From the NCBI GenBank assembly GCA_041497895.1, contig JBGQHJ010000145.1:1-12332 (forward strand): a DNA stretch of 12,332 nt, in the 5' to 3' direction. The stretch is from Candidatus Methylomirabilia bacterium (GTDB lineage Bacteria > Methylomirabilota > Methylomirabilia > Rokubacteriales > CSP1-6). Under the pieces are notes generated by a model. The model ran no database searches. It worked only from the letters and a program-made list of their open reading frames with translations, and was not told the origin of the DNA. Position numbers and translations under genes: made by a program. Of the stretch, positions 1-7,386 are shown one piece after another; positions within the stretch are counted from its first letter, which is position 1, and every line of letters starts with the position of its first letter.

Positions 1-727
1 CCACCGTGCGCATCGCCTCGGTGGTGGTGATCATCAGGGGCCACAGGTACTGGTTCCAGCCGAAGATGAACAGCACCACGAAGAGCGCGGCGATGTTCGC
101 CCAGGAGAGCGGAAGCAGGAAGGCGAACAGGAAGCGCAGCGGCCCCGCCCCGTCGAGCTGGGCCGCCTCTGCCATCTCGCTCGGGATGGTCAGGTAGAAC
201 TGGCGGAACAGGAAGGTGGCGGTGGCCGAGGCCATCAGCGGGATCGTGAGGCCCTGGTACGTGTTGAGCCAGCCCAGCGTGCCGACAACCTCGTAGGTCG
301 ACATGAGCCGGACCGGCACCGGGAGCATCAGGGTCACGAAGATCATCCAGAAGCAGAGCATCCGGCCGCGGAAGTCGAAGTAGACGATCGCGAAGGCCGA
401 CAGCATCGAGATGACGATCTTGCCCACCGCCACCGTCACCGCCATCACCGCGCTGTTGAACAGCATGCGGCCCATGTTCGCCTTCCGCCACGCCTCCGCG
501 TAGTTCTCCAGCAGGTGGGTGGAGGGCAGGAGCCGGGGCGGGCGCTGCACCACCTGCTGCAGGTCCTGCGTCGAGACCACGAAGGCGAAGTAGAGCGGGA
601 ACGCCACCACCGCGATGCACGCGATCAGGAGCGCGTGGACCAGCAGCGAGCCCCAGGGGATGGGCTTCCGGCGCGGGGCGGCCGTGGCCCGCACGTCCGT
701 GCGCGCCCGCTCGAGGACAGTGCTCAT
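1..727 (-). CDS. ugpE: sn-glycerol-3-phosphate ABC transporter permease UgpE (3' end beyond the left window edge)
   Basis: Not in the ORF track; translated by hand from ATG at 727: MSTVLERARTDVRATAAPRRKPIPWGSLLVHALLIACIAVVAFPLYFAFV...FWMIFVTLMLPVPVRL...GLTIPLMASATATFLFRQFYLTIPSEMAEAAQLDGAGPLRFLF...FIFGWNQYLWPLMIT. It has the EAA loop and the UgpE-typical 'ASATATFLFRQF' and 'WNQYLWPL' segments. ATGA overlap with the ugpA stop. Confidence 0.92.
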   Translation of the reverse strand, partial: MSTVLERARTDVRATAAPRRKPIPWGSLLVHALLIACIAVVAFPLYFAFVVSTQDLQQVVQRPPRLLPSTHLLENYAEAWRKANMGRMLFNSAVMAVTVAVGKIVISMLSAFAIVYFDFRGRMLCFWMIFVTLMLPVPVRLMSTYEVVGTLGWLNTYQGLTIPLMASATATFLFRQFYLTIPSEMAEAAQLDGAGPLRFLFAFLLPLSWANIAALFVVLFIFGWNQYLWPLMITTTEAMRTV

Positions 728-1608
728 CGGTAGGTGACCTTCTTCTCGGCGAAGCGGAACTGGAGCACGGTGAGCCCGATGACCAGGGCCATCAGGATCA
801 CGGACTGCGCGCCCGAGGAGCCCAGGTTGAGCCCGATGAAGCCGTCCTTATAGAGCTTGTACACCAAGAGCTCGGTGGACTGGCCCGGGCCTCCCTTGGT
901 GACCGCGTCGATGACCGGGAATGACTCGAAGAAGGCGAAGACCATGTTGAGGACGACTAGGTAGAAGGTGATCGGCGAGACGAGCGGGAACACGATGGCG
1001 GTGAAGCGGCGCACCGGCCCCGCCCCGTCCACGTCGGCCGCCTCCATCACGGAAGCCGGGATCGCCAGCAGGCCCGCGATGAAGAATGCGATGTTGTAGC
1101 CCAGATGCGTCCAGGCCGTCGCCACGATCACGAGCGTCATGGCCACCCAGCCCTTGAGCAGCCAGTTGAAGTCGTAGGTGGTCACGAAGGAGAGGAAGTA
1201 CGGCAGGATGCCGTAGGCGGGATGGAAGATGAAGAGGAAGATGATGCCGGCCACCGCCGACGCGATGCCGTACGGCCACAGGAGGAGCGTGCGGTAGACG
1301 GCCAGCCCGCGGATCTTCTGGGTGGCGAGGCCGGCCAGTACCAGCGAGCCCAGAACCGCCGTCACCGTCACCCCGCCCGCGAAAACCAACGAGTTGACGA
1401 CGCTCGAGTAGTAGTCCGGGTCGGACAGCAGCTTGCTGAAGTTGTCGAGCCCGACGAAGGTGGACTTGTCGCCGAACGGCGAGACGCGGTACACGCTGAG
1501 CTGCAGCGACTTCAAGACGGGCCAGAAGAAGAAGAGCACGGTGACCACCATCTGCGGGGCCACCAGCACGTAGGGCAGCCACCGGCTCCGGAAGACCGTC
1601 CGCTGCAT
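724..1608 (-). CDS. ugpA: sn-glycerol-3-phosphate ABC transporter permease UgpA
   Basis: 294-aa ORF with several TM segments, an EAA loop (EAADVDGAG), UgpA-like N-terminus 'VFRSRWLPYVLVAPQ' and C-terminus 'LGSSGAQSVILMALVIGLTVLQFRFAEKKVTY'. Lies between ugpB and ugpE. Confidence 0.92.
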   Translation of the reverse strand: MQRTVFRSRWLPYVLVAPQMVVTVLFFFWPVLKSLQLSVYRVSPFGDKSTFVGLDNFSKLLSDPDYYSSVVNSLVFAGGVTVTAVLGSLVLAGLATQKIRGLAVYRTLLLWPYGIASAVAGIIFLFIFHPAYGILPYFLSFVTTYDFNWLLKGWVAMTLVIVATAWTHLGYNIAFFIAGLLAIPASVMEAADVDGAGPVRRFTAIVFPLVSPITFYLVVLNMVFAFFESFPVIDAVTKGGPGQSTELLVYKLYKDGFIGLNLGSSGAQSVILMALVIGLTVLQFRFAEKKVTYR

Positions 1609-1620
1609 CGCCGATCCGAG

Positions 1621-2949
1621 CTACTGCTTGTTCGCGGCCGCGAACTCTTTAAGGATCTCGTTGGACTTGGCCACCGCGTCGTCGAGCCCCTGCTTGGCCG
1701 TCTTCTTGCCCGCGAAGATGTTCTCCAGCTCGCTCTCGATCACGTCGCGGATCTGCACGAAGTTGCCGAGGCGCAGGCCCTGGCTGTTGGGCGTCGCCAC
1801 GCCCCGGGTGAGCTGGGCGAAAGCGGTGAACTGGTCGGGGTTCTTCTTGAAGTGGTAGCCCGCCTCCAGGTTCTTCACCGCGCTCTTGGAGATGGCGAGG
1901 TAGCCGGTGGTCACGTGCCACCACATCTGCTGGTTGGTGTCGGAGATGAACTTGAGGAAGCGGGCGGCGCCCCGGTTCTCGTTGGCCGGCTTGCCCTTCA
2001 TCACCCAGAGGGTGGCCCCGCCGATGATCGAGGTGGCGCGCTTGTAGGGGGCGCCCCAGAACGGGAGCTGCCCGGTGCCCCACTTGAAGGTGGCGCCCTT
2101 GGTGAAGCCGCCGATTAGGGCCGAGGACTGCATGTACATGCCGCACTCCCCGCTCAGGAACTTGGTGTCCGCCGCGTTCTGCCGCCCGCCGTAGGAAAAG
2201 ATGTTCTCCTTCTGCCAGGCGGCCAGCTTGGCCAGGTGCATGACCCCGAACTCCCGGTTAATCAGCAGCTGCACGTCGAGCCCGTCGAAGCCGTCGCGCT
2301 TGGTGGCGAAGGGCTGGTCGTGGAGCGCGTGCATGTTCTCCATCTGGACCCACGAGGGCCAGCCGGTGGAGAACCCGCACTTGGTGGCCCCGGAGGCAAT
2401 CAGCTTCTTGCTGTACTCCTCGACCTGCTTCCAGGTCTGGGGCGGCTTGCTCGGGTCGAGCCCCGCCTTCTGGAACGCGTCCTTGTTGTAGTACAGGATC
2501 GGGGTCGAGGAGTTGAACGGCATCGAGTAGAGGTTGCCGTCCTTGGAGTAGTAGCCCACCACCGGCGCGATGAAGTCCTTCCAGTCGACCGCGATCTCCT
2601 GCTCCTTCATGAGCTGGTAGATCGGCAGCACCGCGCCGGAGAGCATCATGGTCTGCGTGCCCACGTCGAAAACCTGCACGATGTGGGGCGCCTGCTTCTG
2701 GCGGTAGGCCGCGATCGCCGCGGTCAGAGTCTCCGGATAGTTGCCCTTGCGGAGAGGCTTCACCTCGTACTCGGACTGGCTGTCGTTGAACTGCTTCACG
2801 AGGGCGTTGACCGCGTCGTTGAGCTGGCCGGTCATCGCGTGCCAGAACTGGATCTCGGTCTTGGCGAGGGCGGGCGTCGCCGGGACCAGCAGCAGCGCGA
2901 GCACCAGCGTGGTGACCGCCGACCACCAGGACGTCTTCGTCAGTGACAT
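1621..2949 (-). CDS. ugpB: sn-glycerol-3-phosphate ABC transporter substrate-binding protein UgpB
   Basis: 442 aa with a Sec signal peptide (…PATPALA-K). UgpB motifs FWHAM, KGNY, QVFDVGT, PFNSSTP, GWPSW, IIGGATLW, TTGYL and GLRLGN. GGAGG Shine-Dalgarno at 2960-2956. Confidence 0.93.
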   Translation of the reverse strand: MSLTKTSWWSAVTTLVLALLLVPATPALAKTEIQFWHAMTGQLNDAVNALVKQFNDSQSEYEVKPLRKGNYPETLTAAIAAYRQKQAPHIVQVFDVGTQTMMLSGAVLPIYQLMKEQEIAVDWKDFIAPVVGYYSKDGNLYSMPFNSSTPILYYNKDAFQKAGLDPSKPPQTWKQVEEYSKKLIASGATKCGFSTGWPSWVQMENMHALHDQPFATKRDGFDGLDVQLLINREFGVMHLAKLAAWQKENIFSYGGRQNAADTKFLSGECGMYMQSSALIGGFTKGATFKWGTGQLPFWGAPYKRATSIIGGATLWVMKGKPANENRGAARFLKFISDTNQQMWWHVTTGYLAISKSAVKNLEAGYHFKKNPDQFTAFAQLTRGVATPNSQGLRLGNFVQIRDVIESELENIFAGKKTAKQGLDDAVAKSNEILKEFAAANKQ

Positions 2950-2955
2950 GGGTGA

Positions 2956-2960
2956 CCTCC
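2956..2960 (-). promoter_or_regulatory. Shine-Dalgarno site of ugpB
   Basis: Minus-strand GGAGG, 6 nt upstream of the ATG at 2949. Confidence 0.8.
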
Positions 2961-3040
2961 GGTCGTCACGGTAGCGAATCGCTGTCTCGATCGGACTGCG
3001 CCGGGGTGACGTTCTCGCGACGCCCGCGGCGGCGCTCGGA

Positions 3041-3070
3041 ACTATAGCACCATTGGCTCGCGGCCGGGAA
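3041..3070 (-). promoter_or_regulatory. Putative sigma70-type extended -10 promoter for ugpBAE
   Basis: Minus-strand TGcTATAGT (3049-3041), an AT-rich patch in the ~150-bp intergenic gap. Weak -35-like TTCCCG (3070-3065) at an 18-bp spacer. Confidence 0.6.
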
Positions 3071-3100
3071 GGGCGCGCCGCCGGGGCACCGCTGCTACGC

Positions 3101-3457
3101 CTACGGCCGCTTCTCGTAGACCGCGTTCTTGCCGGTCACCGCCGAGCGCGCGTAGAGCTCCCGCTTGTCGGCGCTCGGGGTGAGGGTGGTGATCACGGAC
3201 TCGCTGCCGATCTTGTAGTCGATCTGGACCGTCTCGTCGGAGGCGTGGTAGCGGCCGGTGAAGCGCCGGCCGTTCCGCTTGGCCACCGCCACCTTGCCGT
3301 CGCCGGCGAACTCGATCCAGTCCTGGGAGCCGCCGTCCGGATCGCGCCGCAGCTCCCACCGGCCGAGGAGCCAGGCCGGGTCGGCGGCCCACGCGGGGGC
3401 GGCAACGATCAGCAGCAGGACGAGGGCGAGGGCGAGGCGAAGCCGGCCGCGGCCCAT
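3101..3457 (-). CDS. Small secreted hypothetical protein (118 aa), possible lipocalin-like beta-barrel
   Basis: The real start is ATG at 3457, a TGATG overlap with the glpD stop; the track's extension to 3844 overlaps glpD. MGRGRLRLALALVLLLIVAAPAWA-ADPAWLLGRWEL… has a clear signal peptide with an AxA cleavage site, then a GxW motif and alternating beta-strand pattern. Confidence 0.75.
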   Translation of the reverse strand: MGRGRLRLALALVLLLIVAAPAWAADPAWLLGRWELRRDPDGGSQDWIEFAGDGKVAVAKRNGRRFTGRYHASDETVQIDYKIGSESVITTLTPSADKRELYARSAVTGKNAVYEKRP

Positions 3458-5094
3458 CAACGCTGCCGGAAGCGCCGGCTGCGCTCGACGTGCTGCGAGT
3501 AGGCCTCGAGCTCCGCGTCGAGCCGCCGCCTGGACCAGCCGCCCAGCTCGGCCATGCGCGCCGCGATCGGCTCCGCGCAGTCGAGGCCCTGGCAGCGGCT
3601 CTGGCCGATGCCGGTGCGGCGCAGCAGCACGTCCTGCAGCGACACCGCCAGCTCCTCGCGCACCGCGTGGTGGAGCTGGGCCACGATCTCGGGATTGCTC
3701 GGGCAGAGGCGCTCGAAGCCGTCGGGCAGCTTTCGCCCCAGCTCGAGCACGCGCGGATACGCCCGGCCGTAGGTCTCCACCAGTGTGCGCAGTGTACCGC
3801 GCGAGAGCCCGGTGGCCGCCATCTCTTCGGAGACGTCCATCCACACCCGCGCCTCGATCTTGCCGACCTCCTCGTCCGCCCCGTCGAGGGTGAGCCGCGC
3901 GGTGCGCGGGGGCTCACCGCGCCCGAGCAGGCGCATGACCCGATCGCCCACGTCCTCGGCCAGGCTGCGAAAGCAGGTCAGCTTGGTGCCGGTCACGGAG
4001 AGGAAGCGGCCGTCGGGGCCCTCCGGGATCACCTTGTGGTCGCGCGAGACCTTGGACGCCGGCGCGCCCGGCTCGAAGGAGAGCGGCCGCACTCCCGCGT
4101 AGGTGTAGGACACGTTGTCGAACGTCGCCCGCTTGTCGGGCAGCACCTTGGCCACTTCTTCCAGAAGGTACGTCACTTCCTCGCGGGTCGCCCACAGGCG
4201 GTCGGGGTCGCCCTCGAAGTCGGTGTCGGTGGTGCCGACCAGGGAGAACTCGCGCCACGGGATGACGAAGATCATCCGCTCGTCGCGGGCCGAGAGGTAC
4301 ACCGCCCGGTCGGTCATGCGCGGGAGCAGGCAGTGGATGCCCTTGGTGGTGCGCACCACCCGCGGGCTCCGGTCGGCCACCTTGGCCATCGCCCGCAGCC
4401 GATCGACCCACGGCCCCGCGCAGTTGACGATGGCGGTGGCCCGCGCCAGCTGCACCTGGCCGGACAGCAGGTCGCGGACCTTCACCCCCTCGATCCCGCG
4501 ACGGCCGGGCACGAACTCCTCGACCTCGCAGTAGTTGAAGACGCGCGCCCCGTGTCGCGCCGCCGAGAGCACGTTCTCCAGGCAGAGGCGCTCCGGGTAG
4601 AGCAGCAGGTCGTCGAAGTAGTAGCCGGCCCCGCGCAGGTCCTCCGCGCGCACCGACGGCTCCATCGCGAGCGCCTCGACCGGACGGAGCACCCGGTAGC
4701 GCTCGGTGGTCTTGCCCGGGGTGAGCAGGTCGTAGAGCCACATGCCGACGCGCACCGTGATGAGGCCGCGCGCGCCGCCCCGGTAGATCGGAACCAGGAA
4801 GGGCAGCGGGCGAACCAGGTGCGGGGCGAGCCGCTCGAGCGTCTTCTTCTCCCGCAGCGACTCGCGCACCAGCTTGAAGTCGCCCAGCTCGAGGTAGCGG
4901 AGGCCGCCGTGGATCAGCTTGGAGGACTTCGACGAGGTGCCGGAGGCGAAGTCGCCCTTCTCGAAGAGCGCGACCGACGCGCCGCGCAGGGCCAGGTCGC
5001 GCGCGACGCCCGCCCCCGCCATGCCGCCGCCGATCACCACGGCGTCCAGCGCGGCGCCGTCCAGTCCAGCCAGCCGGTTCGCGGGCACGCTCAC
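3457..5094 (-). CDS. glpD: FAD-dependent glycerol-3-phosphate dehydrogenase/oxidase (GlpD family)
   Basis: 545 aa, GTG start. FAD-binding VIGGGMAGAG, signature GTSSKSSKLIHGGLRYLE, VNCAGPW, KGIH, GTTD, AGVRPL and C-terminal DVLLRRT. Context next to ugp supports the call. Confidence 0.88.
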   Translation of the reverse strand: MSVPANRLAGLDGAALDAVVIGGGMAGAGVARDLALRGASVALFEKGDFASGTSSKSSKLIHGGLRYLELGDFKLVRESLREKKTLERLAPHLVRPLPFLVPIYRGGARGLITVRVGMWLYDLLTPGKTTERYRVLRPVEALAMEPSVRAEDLRGAGYYFDDLLLYPERLCLENVLSAARHGARVFNYCEVEEFVPGRRGIEGVKVRDLLSGQVQLARATAIVNCAGPWVDRLRAMAKVADRSPRVVRTTKGIHCLLPRMTDRAVYLSARDERMIFVIPWREFSLVGTTDTDFEGDPDRLWATREEVTYLLEEVAKVLPDKRATFDNVSYTYAGVRPLSFEPGAPASKVSRDHKVIPEGPDGRFLSVTGTKLTCFRSLAEDVGDRVMRLLGRGEPPRTARLTLDGADEEVGKIEARVWMDVSEEMAATGLSRGTLRTLVETYGRAYPRVLELGRKLPDGFERLCPSNPEIVAQLHHAVREELAVSLQDVLLRRTGIGQSRCQGLDCAEPIAARMAELGGWSRRRLDAELEAYSQHVERSRRFRQR

Positions 5095-5098
5095 TCGT

Positions 5099-5878
5099 TC
5101 ACTCCACCAGGTCCCGGACCGATCGTACCACGTGGTCGGGAGCGATCGCGGCGATTCGGGGGTCGTCGGCGCGCGTGATGCCGCTCAGCACGAGCACGGT
5201 GCCGAGCCCGAGCCGCCGACCCATCACGATATCGGTCTCGATGCGGTCGCCCACGATGGCCGCGTCGCGGGCGGGCACGCCGAGCGCGGCGAGCGCGACT
5301 TCCAGAATAATCGGAGATGGTTTCCCCACGATCGCCTCCACCTTCCGGTCGGTCACCGCCTCCACCGCCGCGATCATGCCCGCGCAGTCCGGGATCTCGC
5401 CGCCCTCCACCGGGCAGGTGCGGTCGGGATTGGTGGCGATGAGCCGCGCGCCCTGCTTCACCGCCTGGAGCGCGATGTTCAGCTTCGCGTAGTCGAAGGT
5501 GCGGTCGAAGGCGATCACCACCCAGCGCACCCGCTCGTCGGGCCGCACCTCGAAGCCGTGGGCGGCCATCTCCTCCCGCATGGGCGGCTCCCCGATCACG
5601 AAGACCGGCGCGCCCGGATCGCGGTCGCGCAGGTAGCGGGCGAGCACCAGCGAGGAGTTGATGACGTCGTCGGGCGCGGCCGGCACGCCCAGCCGGGTGA
5701 GCTTGGTCGCGTACTCCGCGCGGGTCTGGAGCGGCTTGTTGGAGAGGAAGGCCACCCGGCGGCCGGCCGCGCGCAGCGCCGCGATCGTCGCGTCGGCCCC
5801 CGGGATCAGGCGCTCGCCGAGGTAGATCGTGCCGTCGAGGTCGAAGAGCCAGCCGCGGTAGGGGAGCTTAGGAACCAC
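5099..5878 (-). CDS. HAD-superfamily subfamily IIA (NagD-like) phosphatase
   Basis: 259 aa, GTG start. Motif I FDLDGT, motif II LSN, cap ATNPD, motif III GKP, motif IV GDRIETDI. Confidence 0.9.
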   Translation of the reverse strand: MVPKLPYRGWLFDLDGTIYLGERLIPGADATIAALRAAGRRVAFLSNKPLQTRAEYATKLTRLGVPAAPDDVINSSLVLARYLRDRDPGAPVFVIGEPPMREEMAAHGFEVRPDERVRWVVIAFDRTFDYAKLNIALQAVKQGARLIATNPDRTCPVEGGEIPDCAGMIAAVEAVTDRKVEAIVGKPSPIILEVALAALGVPARDAAIVGDRIETDIVMGRRLGLGTVLVLSGITRADDPRIAAIAPDHVVRSVRDLVE

Positions 5879-5913
5879 CCCTCACCCTGCCCTCTCCCCT
5901 GAGGGGAGAGGGA
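5878..5913. repeat. BoxC-like pyrimidine-tail/palindrome extragenic element
   Basis: CCCCTCACCCTG-CCCTCTCCCCT-G-AGGGGAGAGGG-A, with perfect 11-bp inverted arms at 5890-5900 and 5902-5912. It resembles the widespread CCCTCACCC..CCCTCTCCC..GGGAGAGGG repeat family (E. coli BoxC type, recognised from memory). Only one copy is in the window. Confidence 0.7.
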
Positions 5914-7386
5914 TCAACGGAGCAGCGGGACGACGGCGGCCTGGGCGAGGTCGAAGAGCGGGCCGGGGGCCACCCCGAGCTGCACCACGCCCCAGAGCGC
6001 GACGGCCAGCGCGAGCGCCCCGGAGAACGAGGGGGCGAGCACGGTGGGCGCGCCCTCGGGCTCCCGCATGTACATGTAGACGATGAGGCGCAGGTAGTAG
6101 TATGCGGCCACCGCGGAGTTGAGCACGCCCACCACCGCCAGCCACACGTAGCCCGACTTCACCGCGGCCCCGAAGAGGTAGAACTTGCCCACGAAGCCCG
6201 CGGTGGGGGGGATGCCGACCAGCGAGAGCAGGAAGACCGACAGGGCCACCGCCAGCAGCGGGTGCCGCGCGGCGAGGCCGCCGAAGTCATCGAGGCGCAC
6301 CGCCTCCTGCCCGGCCCGCTCCAGCAGGAGGATCGCGCCGAAGGCACCCGCGGTGGTGAACGTGTACACGAGCAGGTAGAACAGCACGCTGCCGTTGCCG
6401 AAGGCGCCGCCCGCCACCACGCCGACCAGCATGTAGCCCACGTGGGCGATCGAGGAGTAGGCGAGCATGCGCTTGAGATTCTGCTGGGCGAGGGCCACCA
6501 CGTTGCCCACCGTCATGGTGAGCGCGGCCACCACCCACAGCAGCATCGGCCAGTCCACCGGGGCGCCGCGCACCGCGGTGAGGAGCACCCGCAGGAGCGC
6601 GGCGAAGGCGGCCGCCTTGGAGCCGGTCGCGATGAACGCGGTCACCGAGGTGGGGGCGCCCTCGTACACGTCGGGCGCCCACATGTGGAAGGGCACCGAG
6701 GAGATCTTGAAGCCGAAGCCCACCAGCAGCAGGCCGAGCCCGATGACCAGCAGCGGGTCGCGCCCCGCCCCCGCCGCCACCGCGTTGGCGATGCGGTCGA
6801 GGTTGGTGGTGCCGGCGGCCCCGAAGATGAGCGCGATGCCGTAGAGGAAGAAGCCGGAGGCGAAGGCCCCGATCAGCAGGTACTTCATGGAGGCCTCGCC
6901 CGCCTCCACGCGGGTGCGGAAGAAGCCGGCGAGCACGTAGAGCGAGATCGACATCGTCTCGAGGCCGAGGAAGACGATGATCAGGTCGCCCGCCGCCGCC
7001 ATCAGCATCATGCCGAGCGCGGCCAGCAGCACCAGGATGTAGAACTCGCCCGACTCCTGGCCCTCGCGCCGGATGTAGTCCATCGAGAGCAGCAGCACGA
7101 GCCCGGCCGAGTAGCCGATCACGATGTTGAAGAACAGCGCGTAGGCGTCCAGCACCACCATCCCGCGGAAGCCCCGCAGCTCGCCCCCGCCGGTGGAGAA
7201 GGTCATCCAGTAGGTCACGACCAGAGCCGCCACCACCCCGAGCGCGCTCACGAAGCCCAGGTGGTCCTTCCGCTCCCGCGGCGGGAGCAGGTCGAGGACC
7301 AGCACCACCCCCGCGGTCAGGGCGATGACCAGCATCGGCAGGATGGGCCGCAGGTCGACGGAGGGGAAGACCAGCTCCGGGCTCAT
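5914..7386 (-). CDS. nuoN: NADH-quinone oxidoreductase subunit N
   Basis: 490 aa from ATG at 7386 (MSPELVFPSVDL…; ATGA overlap with the nuoM stop). Motifs LETMSI, EASMKY, FKISSVPFHMWAPDVYEGAP, SKAA, KRMLAYSSIAH, GIPPTAGFVGKF. Confidence 0.95.
   Translation of the reverse strand: MSPELVFPSVDLRPILPMLVIALTAGVVLVLDLLPPRERKDHLGFVSALGVVAALVVTYWMTFSTGGGELRGFRGMVVLDAYALFFNIVIGYSAGLVLLLSMDYIRREGQESGEFYILVLLAALGMMLMAAAGDLIIVFLGLETMSISLYVLAGFFRTRVEAGEASMKYLLIGAFASGFFLYGIALIFGAAGTTNLDRIANAVAAGAGRDPLLVIGLGLLLVGFGFKISSVPFHMWAPDVYEGAPTSVTAFIATGSKAAAFAALLRVLLTAVRGAPVDWPMLLWVVAALTMTVGNVVALAQQNLKRMLAYSSIAHVGYMLVGVVAGGAFGNGSVLFYLLVYTFTTAGAFGAILLLERAGQEAVRLDDFGGLAARHPLLAVALSVFLLSLVGIPPTAGFVGKFYLFGAAVKSGYVWLAVVGVLNSAVAAYYYLRLIVYMYMREPEGAPTVLAPSFSGALALAVALWGVVQLGVAPGPLFDLAQAAVVPLLR

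Noticed and set aside
2943..3011. GTCAC repeats as a Pho box upstream of ugpB
   Set aside because: They lack the 11-bp direct-repeat spacing and lie downstream of the putative promoter.
3420..3441. Short tandem repeat (CGAGGG)n
   Set aside because: It only encodes the Leu-Ala repeats of the signal peptide.
3101..3844. 247-aa version of the hypothetical protein
   Set aside because: The upstream part overlaps glpD out of frame. The signal peptide begins at ATG 3457.
5890..5912. Palindrome as an intrinsic terminator after nuoN
   Set aside because: There is no U-tract on either strand. It is better explained as a BoxC-like repeat, though pausing cannot be excluded.
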